A stretch of 61,121 nucleotides of DNA, the filler included, from Acidimicrobiia bacterium (GTDB lineage Bacteria > Actinomycetota > Acidimicrobiia > Spongiisociales > CAZKJJ01): assembly GCA_046759765.1 (NCBI GenBank). It is 2 parts of 2 records of this genome, joined end to end, with 100 filler letters (N's around TTAATTAATTAA, not from the genome) between each part and the next. Parts side by side here need not be neighbours in the genome. Positions count along the whole stretch, not along the records: positions 1 to 31,072 come from JBHICV010000012.1; 1 more part is not named here. One strand, given 5' to 3'. Shown in pieces: positions 10,456 through 19,154 of the stretch. A program made the translations under genes and the position numbers. The first letter of the stretch is position 1, and each line of letters begins with the position of its first letter. Below the pieces are notes generated by a model. The model did no database searches and was not told the DNA's origin. It was given only the letters and a program-made list of their open reading frames with translations.

Positions 10456-11138
10456 GGAACACCAGCCTCATTTCTGGCGATACGTCGAACGGCGAGACTT
10501 CCATCGATTCCCTTGACGTCGATCAGGTCCTCGGTGATCCTACGGTTCGCCAGTACCTCCCCCGCACCCGGCAGGCGGAACATCTCATCGGTCATCACGA
10601 GCTCATCGGCGTTGGCCGCGCCTTGCGCAACTGCGGCGACATTGACGACCTGCCCGAAGTAGTCCCGCTGGCCATTCAGTGTGGCCTCCAAAGCAGTGCC
10701 GGCGTGGGCTCCGAATCTCAAGTGAACTGAACCGCTTTGTGCCCTCTGGTTGAAACAGGCGACCGCGTCTTGAGTCTCGCGAGCCACCTTCATCGCCTGA
10801 AGAGGGTCGGGGAAGCTGGCCATTACCTCGTCACCGATCGTCTTCACGACCGCCCCGGAGTTCTCCTTAACGAGCTCCGTCAGGGCATGGAAGTACCACC
10901 GCACGAGGTCGAAGGCGGTCGAGTCGCCCAGACGATCATAGAGAGCGGTCGAGCCCGCGAGATCGGTGAAGAGAAAGGCTACTTCGACTTCGCGGACATC
11001 CGCCGGGGTCCTTTGGCGGCCACCGTTGGTTGCGACTAGTTCCACCAGTTCTCGATCCTCAACACCGAACTGCAATTTCCCGTGGCTCGCGGGGCCTCCA
11101 GACGGTTGGGCGAAACCGTTGTGCTGAGCGACGTGCAT
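10404..11138 (-). CDS. Class III adenylate/guanylate cyclase-domain protein with degenerate catalytic Arg
   Basis: FLFTDLAGSTALY, VKTIGDEVMA, DYFGQVVNVAAV (R replaced by V); RBS AAGGAG upstream. Confidence 0.85.
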   Translation of the reverse strand: MHVAQHNGFAQPSGGPASHGKLQFGVEDRELVELVATNGGRQRTPADVREVEVAFLFTDLAGSTALYDRLGDSTAFDLVRWYFHALTELVKENSGAVVKTIGDEVMASFPDPLQAMKVARETQDAVACFNQRAQSGSVHLRFGAHAGTALEATLNGQRDYFGQVVNVAAVAQGAANADELVMTDEMFRLPGAGEVLANRRITEDLIDVKGIDGSLAVRRIARNEAGVPYEAALSPSRAYSTAPS

Positions 11139-11150
11139 GACTCTCTCCTT

Positions 11151-11197
11151 AGATATACACTGTACAACTGGTCACAATAGATGTACACTGTACATTT
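11151..11197. promoter_or_regulatory. Twin palindromic operators, candidate TetR sites
   Basis: AGATATACACTGTACAACT (11151-11169) and AGATGTACACTGTACATTT (11179-11197). The core ATGTACAcTGTACAT is palindromic. Located between the divergent cyclase and TetR genes. Confidence 0.7.
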
Positions 11198-11218
11198 GTC
11201 AAGAGAAAGGTTGAGATC

Positions 11219-11863
11219 ATGTCTCCAAGAGGTGAAGCCGGCCGTGGTCGGGAACGGCTGTCTGAGGAATCAATCGTCGCCACGGCACTCGAACTCATTG
11301 ACCGCGAAGGCGTCGAAGCTGTGACGATGAGAAGGCTTGCTGAGGGGCTCGGAGTCCAACCCATGGCCTTCTACCACCACTTCGGAAACAAGAACGCTCT
11401 GCTGGATCGGGTTGCCGACGAGATCCTGGCCGGTATCGAGCTACCTCCTCGCGACCTCGACTGGGACGCGTGGACGCGTCAGTTTCTCAATCGGACCAAG
11501 GACGCCTTGCTTTCATATCCCAACCGCGTAGACCTACTGCTGTCGAGACCGGGCAGCGGAGGCGACTACGCCAATATGTTCGGAGCCTTCGTCGGCACTC
11601 TTGCCCGCCAAGGCATCGATGCCGGCCTGATACACACAGCTTGGCACTTGCTCATCTCCTACCTGCTTGGCTATCTGCAGCAGTTTCACGCCTTGGTGCG
11701 AACTCTCGGCCGGCCCGGGCGACCACCCGAAGGACCTGCTCAGAACCTTGCCCTTATCGCTTCACAGATCGAGACCTGCGACGAAGAACGGGAGTTTGAA
11801 GCGGGCCTCGATCTGATCATTGGAGCCATCCAAGACCGCATCGAGCTTCCTTTGCGAGCCTAA
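11219..11863 (+). CDS. TetR/AcrR family transcriptional regulator (TetR_C type)
   Basis: LSEESIVATALELIDREGVEAVTMRRLAEGLGVQPMAFYHHFGNKNALL HTH; C-terminal FEAGLDLII. Confidence 0.93.
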   Translation: MSPRGEAGRGRERLSEESIVATALELIDREGVEAVTMRRLAEGLGVQPMAFYHHFGNKNALLDRVADEILAGIELPPRDLDWDAWTRQFLNRTKDALLSYPNRVDLLLSRPGSGGDYANMFGAFVGTLARQGIDAGLIHTAWHLLISYLLGYLQQFHALVRTLGRPGRPPEGPAQNLALIASQIETCDEEREFEAGLDLIIGAIQDRIELPLRA

Positions 11864-11893
11864 GGAAGTATCTGCGCAGAGAGGACGCGCTTC

Positions 11894-12318
11894 ATGGCGT
11901 CAGCAAGGCCAACTTATTCCGAAACCATTGCGGCATGGCAAGAGAGGGTCCTGCGAGCTCCCGGGAATCCTCGAGACCGTCGGCGAAGTGGAATCAACCG
12001 ACCCGGTTACCGGCGAGACAATCCGCCTGACGGTGACCGCAGACCAGATCGTCCAGGTCGAACCCCCTAGTGCGGTCACCTCCGTTTTCGTTCCGGGTAG
12101 GACCGCAACCCAGACCGATAGCGGTGAGCCTCCGATCGGTGCCGACTCCGAGGTGTGCACGTCGATGCTTTTCTTCACTTCACGAGAGAACGCCGAGAGC
12201 GCGTTAAAGAGGTATCCCAACATTGCGATCTTCACTATCGAGGAAGCCTTCAACCTGGCATTCTCGACGTCGACCAAGCTGATCCGAGCCCCTCCGAGAA
12301 CAAGCCGCCGCCCAATAG
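11894..12318 (+). pseudogene. MerB-like (organomercurial lyase fold) remnant
   Basis: LPGILETVGEVESTDPVTGETIRLTVT...VEPPSAVTSV...VCTSMLFFTSRENAE...IFTIEEAFNLA resembles the MerB C-terminal half. The catalytic W-C-A-x-D segment is absent. An RBS-ATG at 11894 is in another frame. An extra C at 12289-12292 displaces the apparent natural stop (TAG 12316-12318). Confidence 0.65.
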
Positions 12319-12441
12319 CCGCGCTGTACCCGACAAGCTCACGTCCCGGATCGCGCACAGGCACTCGCCGAATGATCAACCCGCGGCACCCACTCCATCG
12401 CGTCCCTTCATGCCGAGACACGCGAGACTTCACTTCAACCA

Positions 12442-13242
12442 ATGGAGGCGCCGCCAATACAAAGAATGGCAACGCTCGTCGTGCTGACGCTCGGACTCAC
12501 GAGTTGTGTCGTAATGGGCACCGGCGCTCGCGAAGAACTCGATGCGGAGCTGGAACGGCTCGCCCGGCAGGTGCAAATCGCTGAACAGCTCGAGTCTTCC
12601 GCCCGAGCCGAGGCCGCCGAACACCGAGCCGAGGCCGAAAGGCTCGGCGGGGATCTCGAGGATGCCAGGGGGGAGATCCGTGAGCTCAAACGGCTCACCG
12701 GCCGCCTAGAGGTCACCATCGGGGCGCTCACGGCCGAGGTCGGCGCGGCCATCTCCAACTATCAACTGACTCTTCGGACATTCGACGAGCAGATCCGGGA
12801 GGCCCAGGCCAATCTGCATGGCACTGTTTCCGAGCGTCTCTGCAGCCTCCAGAAGGATCACCCGCACCGTCGGCTGGATGTCGATGCAGCTGTCGACGAG
12901 ATCGTCGCCAACGGCGCCGACATCCAGGCCGCTCTAGTTGAGCTGCCGCCGCTGATCTTTCTCGACATGGAAGCTCTGGCCGAAGTGCGCGACGAGTGCT
13001 TTCTGGAGGCCAACCTGATGACGCCCAAGCAGGACGGCTTCTATCTGGTGGGGGTCGAGATCGGAGCCGGCATGTGGAGATCCACCGGCAGGGGCGGGGC
13101 CTGCTATTGGGCTCGGCGGGACGAGCGGCAGAGAATCATCGCCAGCTACTTCGGTCCTGCCGGGGGTACTGTCACGATCGAGCCGTCCGACTTCGAGGTG
13201 CAGTTCGAACGGTGCGGAACCGTGGAGCCGCTGGGAGCCTGA
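12442..13242 (+). CDS. Putative exported coiled-coil protein with C-terminal actinobacterial beta domain
   Basis: Hydrophobic N-terminus (LGLTSC), heptad-like coiled coil, then DGFYLVGVEIGAGMWRS...CYWAR...C domain common in actinobacterial secreted proteins. Start could be 12466. Confidence 0.7.
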   Translation: MEAPPIQRMATLVVLTLGLTSCVVMGTGAREELDAELERLARQVQIAEQLESSARAEAAEHRAEAERLGGDLEDARGEIRELKRLTGRLEVTIGALTAEVGAAISNYQLTLRTFDEQIREAQANLHGTVSERLCSLQKDHPHRRLDVDAAVDEIVANGADIQAALVELPPLIFLDMEALAEVRDECFLEANLMTPKQDGFYLVGVEIGAGMWRSTGRGGACYWARRDERQRIIASYFGPAGGTVTIEPSDFEVQFERCGTVEPLGA

Positions 13243-13254
13243 GGCCTGGCCTCT

Positions 13255-13524
13255 TCAGGAGCCTGGCTTACGAACGACCGGCGGCGGTGTCGTCGTCGTA
13301 GGGGTGACCTGGGTCACCCCGGCGGTGTCCAGGCCGGATCCTGTCTCCGACCAGAGTTCCGACACCTCTTCCCCTGTGAATACCACTGCGAGCAGGGCCA
13401 CGATCGCGATGAGCACAACCAACAGCATGTACTCGATCAGGCTGGCCCCGTCTTCGCAATGGGCCCGCGTTCTCACTCGACCCCCGTATCTGCCCAACCA
13501 CCAGTCTCTTCGAGCCCTCGCCAT
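13255..13524 (-). CDS. Flp family type IVb pilin
   Basis: EDG/ASLIEYMLLVVLIAIVALLAV: prepilin cleavage after G, with E+5 and Y+6 (Flp motif). Confidence 0.85.
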   Translation of the reverse strand: MARARRDWWLGRYGGRVRTRAHCEDGASLIEYMLLVVLIAIVALLAVVFTGEEVSELWSETGSGLDTAGVTQVTPTTTTPPPVVRKPGS

Positions 13525-13582
13525 TAACAAGAAGGGAAAACCGGCCCCCTCGGCGGACTAGTCAGACCAGCTCTCGCGGGGA

Positions 13583-13602
13583 CTAGGGACCAAAGACCCT
13601 GA
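13583..13602. promoter_or_regulatory. DosR/DevR-like box
   Basis: CTAGGGACCAAAGACCCTGA matches the GGGACnnnnGnCCC core of actinobacterial DosR sites. Confidence 0.55.
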
Positions 13603-13626
13603 CCGCGTCGCTCTGGCTCAGATACT

Positions 13627-13644
13627 TTGTGAAAAGATTCACAA
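13627..13644. promoter_or_regulatory. Rex operator
   Basis: TTGTGAA-AAGA-TTCACAA, an exact match to the TTGTGAA-N4-TTCACAA Rex consensus, just upstream of the RBS of the DoxX-like gene. Confidence 0.8.
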
Positions 13645-13673
13645 GTTTCTAGAGATACGCAAGGAGGTGGGTC

Positions 13674-14246
13674 GTGGCGACCATGACAGCCAAGACTGAG
13701 GGCGAAACCCTCGTCATTCAGCACGAATACACGCCGCTGGCCCGGCGAATCTGGGCCGTCGTGCGTCTGGGACTCGGATGGATCTTCCTCTGGGCCTTCC
13801 TCGACAAGACGTTCGCACTGGGCTTCACAACCGGACGTCTCGAGGACGGCACCGTCGACTACCTGGGTGATGCCGCTTGGATCAACGGCGCTTCCCCCAC
13901 ATTCGGGTTCCTCAACTTCGGAACTAGAGGAGTCTTCGGCGACTTCCTCCAGAGCCTGGCCGGACAGGCATGGGTCGACTGGCTTTTCATGATCGGGCTG
14001 CTGGCCATCGGGCTGGCGCTGATTTTCGGGGTCGGTATGCGAATCGCCGCCGTTTCGGGCGCCGTGGTACTGATCCTGATGTGGCTGGCCGCACTTTGGC
14101 CGGAGCACAACCCTGCCGTGGATGACCACATCATCTACGCGCTGGTTCTCGTCGGCCTGGCTGCCATCGACGCCGGGGACACATGGGGCCTCGGCAGGCA
14201 GTGGGGTCGGACGAGGCTCGTGAGGAAGTATCCAGTCCTCAAGTAA
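13674..14246 (+). CDS. DoxX/DoxD (thiosulfate:quinone oxidoreductase-like) membrane protein
   Basis: RLGLGWIFLWAFLDKTFALG, AWINGASPTFGFL, NPAVDDHIIY; RBS AAGGAGG before GTG. Confidence 0.85.
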   Translation: MATMTAKTEGETLVIQHEYTPLARRIWAVVRLGLGWIFLWAFLDKTFALGFTTGRLEDGTVDYLGDAAWINGASPTFGFLNFGTRGVFGDFLQSLAGQAWVDWLFMIGLLAIGLALIFGVGMRIAAVSGAVVLILMWLAALWPEHNPAVDDHIIYALVLVGLAAIDAGDTWGLGRQWGRTRLVRKYPVLK

Positions 14247-14258
14247 CGAGTACCTTGC

Positions 14259-14288
14259 AGAGGAGGGGCGACCCAGCGCCGCTCCTCT
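14259..14288 (+). terminator. GC-rich hairpin after the DoxX-like gene
   Basis: AGAGGAG-g-GGCG / CGCC-g-CTCCTCT stem; no U-tract. Confidence 0.45.
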
Positions 14289-14343
14289 CGCGTCCTGATG
14301 CACCTCGTAGGTTCGGTGGCCTGGTACGTTGACCGGCGACCCG

Positions 14344-14961
14344 ATGAGCAATAAGAGGAAACGCCCAGCCCGATCCGATCGTACGCAGCCTGCTGCCAAG
14401 CAGACCGCGAAGAAGGGTTCTGCCCGTCCCTGGCTGCTGGCCGGCGGTGTTGTTGTTGTCGTCGGGCTGTTGGCAGCGGTTGTCCTCAGCGGAGTGGAAA
14501 CTGGAGAGCGGCCGTCAGGCATTCCCGAGGGAACCCAGCTGGTCCCGGTCGGCGACCCGGTTCATATCGACGGCGACATTGACTACGGCGTCCTGGTCCC
14601 AGCCGGCGGTCCCCATAACTCGGTGTGGCTGAACTGCGGCTACTACGGCACCCCGATCCGGGCCGAGAATGCGGTCCACTCGCTCGAGCACGCTTCGGTT
14701 TGGATCACCGTGCGGCCCGATGCGGACTCTCGCACTCTGGATGAACTGCGCGGATTGGCGGGCCGGCGGCAAAAGCTGATCGTAAGCCCGGTACCGGGGC
14801 AAGGCCCGTTGTTGATGGCGACGGCCTGGGGGCACCAGTTGAGCTTGAACTCGGTTGACGACCCTCGGCTGCGTCAGTTCGTCGAGGAGTTCGAGAATTC
14901 CTTCCGCTATGCGCCCGAGCCTCAAGCCATCTGCTTCGGGGGCGTAGGCTCGCCGGAGTAG
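14344..14961 (+). CDS. DUF3105 domain membrane-anchored protein
   Basis: Basic N-terminus, TM helix, PAGGPH...WLNCGYY...AVHSLEH, ATAWG. Confidence 0.85.
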   Translation: MSNKRKRPARSDRTQPAAKQTAKKGSARPWLLAGGVVVVVGLLAAVVLSGVETGERPSGIPEGTQLVPVGDPVHIDGDIDYGVLVPAGGPHNSVWLNCGYYGTPIRAENAVHSLEHASVWITVRPDADSRTLDELRGLAGRRQKLIVSPVPGQGPLLMATAWGHQLSLNSVDDPRLRQFVEEFENSFRYAPEPQAICFGGVGSPE

Positions 14962-15054
14962 CCGCCCGGCCGGCCGGAAACCGGAAGTCGGCTGCCTCCT
15001 CGCCCCCGGCTTACACCTTCAGCCAGAATGGTTTCGGTCTAACGAAGGATTCAG

Positions 15055-15996
15055 GTGTCCGCCGACATCGCGGAATTCACCGCACGTGTTGCTGACAACG
15101 TGGAGCAAGTCATCATTGGCAAGCGGCGCGAGATCGAGCTCATCCTTGTGGGGCTTCTTTGCCGGGGTCACATTCTGCTCGAGGACGTTCCGGGAACCGG
15201 CAAGACGATGCTGGCCCGCGCCTTGGCGGTAAGCCTCGGGCTCGACTTCAAGCGACTCCAGTGCACACCCGACCTCCTACCCAACGACGTGACTGGGGTG
15301 ACCGTCTACGACCCGCGTGATGCGTCCTTCGCCTTCCGACGCGGGCCTGTGTTCACGAACGTTCTACTGGCCGACGAGATCAACCGGGCGACGCCTCGAA
15401 CACAAGCTGCGCTACTGGAGGCGATGCAAGAACGACAGGTGACCGCGGACGGCGTCACCCATCGGCTTCAAGAGCCGTTCCTAGTGCTCGCCACCCAGAA
15501 CCCCATCGAGTTCGAGGGCACGTTTCCCCTGCCCGAAGCTCAACTAGATCGATTTCTCATGCGTGTCTCCCTGGGCTATCCGGACTCGGCGGAGGAGGCC
15601 AGAGTGCTACGAAACCTCAACGAGCAACATCCGATCGACACCCTCCAGGGGACCGCCGATCCAGAGGAGCTGGCGAGCCTCACCGACCAAGTCGCCAAAG
15701 TGCACATGGAGCCCGCACTGGAGGAGTACATCGTCACCCTCGTGCGGGCAACGCGAGATCACGCGGATCTTTTGTTAGGTGCCAGTCCCCGTGGGTCGCT
15801 GGCCTTACACAAGACATCCCAAGGGCTGGCCGCGGTGCGGTCCCGAGACCACGTACTTCCGGATGACATCAAGGAGATGGCCCCTCTCACCCTCCCGCAC
15901 AGGCTCTTGCTGGCTCCCGAGGCACAGCTGAAGGGAAGAACTGCGACGACGGTGATCGACGAAATAGTGGACCAGGCCGAAGTGCGGCTTGGCTAA
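15055..15996 (+). CDS. moxR: MoxR family AAA+ ATPase
   Basis: HILLEDVPGTGKT, QCTPDLLPNDVTG, LADEINRATPRTQAALLEAM, ATQNPIEFEGTFPLPEAQLDRF. Confidence 0.95.
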   Translation: MSADIAEFTARVADNVEQVIIGKRREIELILVGLLCRGHILLEDVPGTGKTMLARALAVSLGLDFKRLQCTPDLLPNDVTGVTVYDPRDASFAFRRGPVFTNVLLADEINRATPRTQAALLEAMQERQVTADGVTHRLQEPFLVLATQNPIEFEGTFPLPEAQLDRFLMRVSLGYPDSAEEARVLRNLNEQHPIDTLQGTADPEELASLTDQVAKVHMEPALEEYIVTLVRATRDHADLLLGASPRGSLALHKTSQGLAAVRSRDHVLPDDIKEMAPLTLPHRLLLAPEAQLKGRTATTVIDEIVDQAEVRLG

Positions 15997-15998
15997 CA

Positions 15999-17177
15999 AT
16001 GCGATCCTTGGTCGTTACCGCGGTCGCAGCCTTATTTATCGCGGTCGTTGTCCGAATCGAGTTTGGCCTGGCGGTGGTCTTTCTTCTTACAGCCATCGTG
16101 GCCATTGGGCTCGCTGTCCCCGGCAACATTGCACGGCATCTCGAGGTTGACCGCTCCTTCTCGGAGCGAGCCTTCTTCGGGGAGCGAGTTCCTGTCCGTC
16201 TGACTATCCGGAACGGCAGCCTCCTACCTGCGCTCTGGGTAGAGGTGTGGGAACTGCTTCCCCTGTCGATCGCACCGGAACACGCCTCCATCAAGGAGGT
16301 GATCGCCATCCCTGGAAGGGACCAGAAGGAGCTGCGGTACGAGGTCCACTGCCGCCGGCGCGGCTACTGGCGTCTGGGACCGACCAGCCTGACCACCGGA
16401 GACGTCCTCGGCGTCTCCGTCAAGAGGCCCCAACCCCATCCGGCCGACTACCTCATCGTCTATCCCAAGATCCTCTCGCTCGACCGACTGGGTCTTCCAA
16501 CCCGATCTCCACTAGCGGAACTCCCGACTCCTGCCTCGTTGTTCTCGGATCCGGCCCGTGTTATGGGCGTCGACGAATACCGAATAGGAGATTCGCTGCG
16601 ACGGATCCACTGGACCGCGTCGGCCAGAACCGGGGACCTCATGGTGAAGCAGATCGAACCGGCCGTGGCCCGGGACACGATGATCTATCTGGATCTGAAT
16701 CGACCCAACTACGCACTAGGGCGGACGACGACGGGACCCGAGTTGGCCATAACCGTGGCGGCCTCCCTGGCCGCCCATATCACAGAGCGTGAAGGCCAGC
16801 CCGTCGGCCTGACAGTCCGCGCCCGCGACCCCCTCGCGAGAAGCAGAGTCGAGATCGTGCTCCCGCCCGAAGCGAGCCGTTACCAGCTGATGGCAATACT
16901 CGAGATCCTCGCGCGGTTCCAGACCGATTCGGAGACTGACTTCGGAGAGCTGCTCCGGAGTAGAGCGCCGCATTTGTCATGGGGGTCGACTCTGGCGGTG
17001 GTGACCGGCTCGGTCTCCCGAGACCTGGCAGAGACGCTTCTTCTCCTCCAGAAAGCCGGCTTCGCCGTGGCCGTTTATCTCGTTCAGCCGGAACTGGACC
17101 TCGACACCCGAGGATTGTCTTCGGCCGGACTCAAAGTTCACCAGATCGATCGCGAACAGCACTTGAGCACGATATGA
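15999..17177 (+). CDS. DUF58 domain protein
   Basis: EYRIGDSLRRIHWTASARTGDLMVK motif; follows moxR. Confidence 0.9.
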   Translation: MRSLVVTAVAALFIAVVVRIEFGLAVVFLLTAIVAIGLAVPGNIARHLEVDRSFSERAFFGERVPVRLTIRNGSLLPALWVEVWELLPLSIAPEHASIKEVIAIPGRDQKELRYEVHCRRRGYWRLGPTSLTTGDVLGVSVKRPQPHPADYLIVYPKILSLDRLGLPTRSPLAELPTPASLFSDPARVMGVDEYRIGDSLRRIHWTASARTGDLMVKQIEPAVARDTMIYLDLNRPNYALGRTTTGPELAITVAASLAAHITEREGQPVGLTVRARDPLARSRVEIVLPPEASRYQLMAILEILARFQTDSETDFGELLRSRAPHLSWGSTLAVVTGSVSRDLAETLLLLQKAGFAVAVYLVQPELDLDTRGLSSAGLKVHQIDREQHLSTI

Positions 17178-18700
17178 GCGATCTCACGGAAGCCGGGCCG
17201 CTTCGCCTTCTCATCCTCGTTGCGACAGCAGGAACGATCGCCTGGGCGGTGGGCACGGCATTGTCGGAGTCGATTTCGTTCGCATTGCTCATGGCCATGG
17301 TCGTCCTGACCGTGCTCGAAGCGGAAGCATCGTGGCAGCTCACGTCGCAGAGGGAGCTCCCCCGTCAGCAGCTGCGCTCGATACGGATTGCGGAGATGAT
17401 CCTCGGTTTCGCGGTGATAAAGGTCATGCAGCTGAGCTTCGCCATCCTCGGTGGTGACGCAGCGGGTGCGCTGCAGCTCAGTCTCTTCGATGGCGAAGCT
17501 CTGATCGTGTGGCTCGTCTGCCTGGGAGCTTGGATCTTTGCAACGGGAACTATCAGCGACCTCGAGAGGCTCGGTTCGCCGTCCGAGCCTTCTCCTGGCT
17601 ACCGGCCACCGCTTCCCGTCCTTACGACCCGTTTCTTGATGGGCGGAGTTGTGATCATCGCGGCCGGTGCGCTGGCGCTGGTGGAACTCCGCGAGTTGCC
17701 CGATCCGGCTCGCCCTCCGGCTCTTGGTTTCTTCTGGCCGGCGGTCGTCTACTTCCTGATGGTGATGCTGATCCTGGGCGCTATCCGCCAGCAGGAGACG
17801 CAGCTGCAGTGGCGCAGACAGAACATGAACGTCGCCCCGGAGGTGCCGATTCAATGGTGGTCCGGGGTAGGAGTTGTCGTGGGCCTCGCGGCACTGGTGA
17901 TGTTCGCCGTGCCGCTCGTGCGGGGAGGAGAAGCTCTGAGTTATGTCTACGACCGGATCATCGCCTTCGTCGCGTGGGCCGCGGGCGGCCTCGGCATCAC
18001 ATTCCGGATCGGGTCGGAAGAGGTCTCTCCTTCTGCACCCCTGCCCGACCCTGAGCAGATTGCCACCCTCGCCACCGGAGAAAGCAGTTCGCTCGTGTCC
18101 GAGGTGATCGACATCACGGCCGGGTTCGCATTCCTGGTCGTGATGGCAGCCCTGGCCCTGGCCGCGCTCCGCTTGATTCGGGGACTCAGCCTGCCGCTCA
18201 CGGGGCTAGGCGGCAGCAACGTGACCGCTGGTCTTCTCCGTGCTCTCTGGCTCGCCATCAGCGCCGTACCGAGGCTTCTACTGTGGGCAGTGCGCACATT
18301 CGTCGCCTGGCTTCGGCGCGTGACCGCGGCGAGTACCGAGACCCCAGGAGACACCGCCGCCCCCGCAACGTCACGGCCCTCGCAGTATCTCTGGGGAGCC
18401 GGCGATGAGAATCGAAAGCATGTCGCCGAGCTCTATCGTCGCTTCCTGGAATCAGCATCGAGGCGCCTCGTGGCTAGAAGGCAATCCGAGACCCCGCGCG
18501 AATATGGGACCACGATCTCAGGCCTCGTCTCCGAGCCCAAACCGGTAGGAGACCTGACAGACACATTCAACGAGGCTCGCTACAGCCGGCATCCGATCGT
18601 GGACGAAGACGTCGGCCGCGCCCGCGGGTCTCTCGAGTCCTTCGAGGACGCCTTGGAAGACCAACAGCCGACGGACTCGGGCGGCAACGAGACTCCATAA
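17174..18700 (+). CDS. Multi-pass membrane protein with C-terminal DUF4129
   Basis: ATGA overlap with the DUF58 gene; many TM segments; RRQSETPREY...LTDTFNEARYS motif. Confidence 0.8.
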   Translation: MSDLTEAGPLRLLILVATAGTIAWAVGTALSESISFALLMAMVVLTVLEAEASWQLTSQRELPRQQLRSIRIAEMILGFAVIKVMQLSFAILGGDAAGALQLSLFDGEALIVWLVCLGAWIFATGTISDLERLGSPSEPSPGYRPPLPVLTTRFLMGGVVIIAAGALALVELRELPDPARPPALGFFWPAVVYFLMVMLILGAIRQQETQLQWRRQNMNVAPEVPIQWWSGVGVVVGLAALVMFAVPLVRGGEALSYVYDRIIAFVAWAAGGLGITFRIGSEEVSPSAPLPDPEQIATLATGESSSLVSEVIDITAGFAFLVVMAALALAALRLIRGLSLPLTGLGGSNVTAGLLRALWLAISAVPRLLLWAVRTFVAWLRRVTAASTETPGDTAAPATSRPSQYLWGAGDENRKHVAELYRRFLESASRRLVARRQSETPREYGTTISGLVSEPKPVGDLTDTFNEARYSRHPIVDEDVGRARGSLESFEDALEDQQPTDSGGNETP

Positions 18701-18745
18701 CGCCGTTTCGCACATGAACGCCGCACCCCCATAATCCTTCCCAGA

Positions 18746-19147
18746 ATGTTCATGCCCCGGCCCATCTACGAGGCGATCATTGCTCACGCCAGATTCTGCC
18801 GACCGGAAGAGGCATGCGGGCTCCTAGCCGCCGACAACGAGGGTCGCCTCTGCTTCTCCTACAGCCTGACCAACGCCCAAGCCTCCCCTACTCGCTACAC
18901 ACTGGATCCAACCGAGCACTTCCGCGCCTTGAAGCACGCCGAAGCCCAAGGGTGGTCACTTGCCGGTGTCTTCCACTCCCACCCGGATACGCCGGCGTTT
19001 CCGTCCGCGACCGACGTTCAGCTGGCTCTGGAACCTGAGTGGCTCTATGTGATAGTCAGCCTGGCGGATCCTGTAACGCCCGAGGTGCGGGCTTATTGGA
19101 TTACAGATGGCCAGGTGACGGAAGAAAGCATCGACGTGGAAGGTTGA
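18746..19147 (+). CDS. mec: M67/JAB metallopeptidase (CysO-cysteine peptidase)
   Basis: EEACGLL and FHSHPDTPAFPSATD JAMM motif; directly upstream of the sulfur carrier and cysM. Confidence 0.88.
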   Translation: MFMPRPIYEAIIAHARFCRPEEACGLLAADNEGRLCFSYSLTNAQASPTRYTLDPTEHFRALKHAEAQGWSLAGVFHSHPDTPAFPSATDVQLALEPEWLYVIVSLADPVTPEVRAYWITDGQVTEESIDVEG

Positions 19148-19154
19148 CCGACCC

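Noticed and set aside
13525..13673. c-di-GMP riboswitch upstream of the flp pilin
   Set aside because: No recognisable GEMM-type conserved elements; the region is better explained by the Rex and DosR-like boxes.
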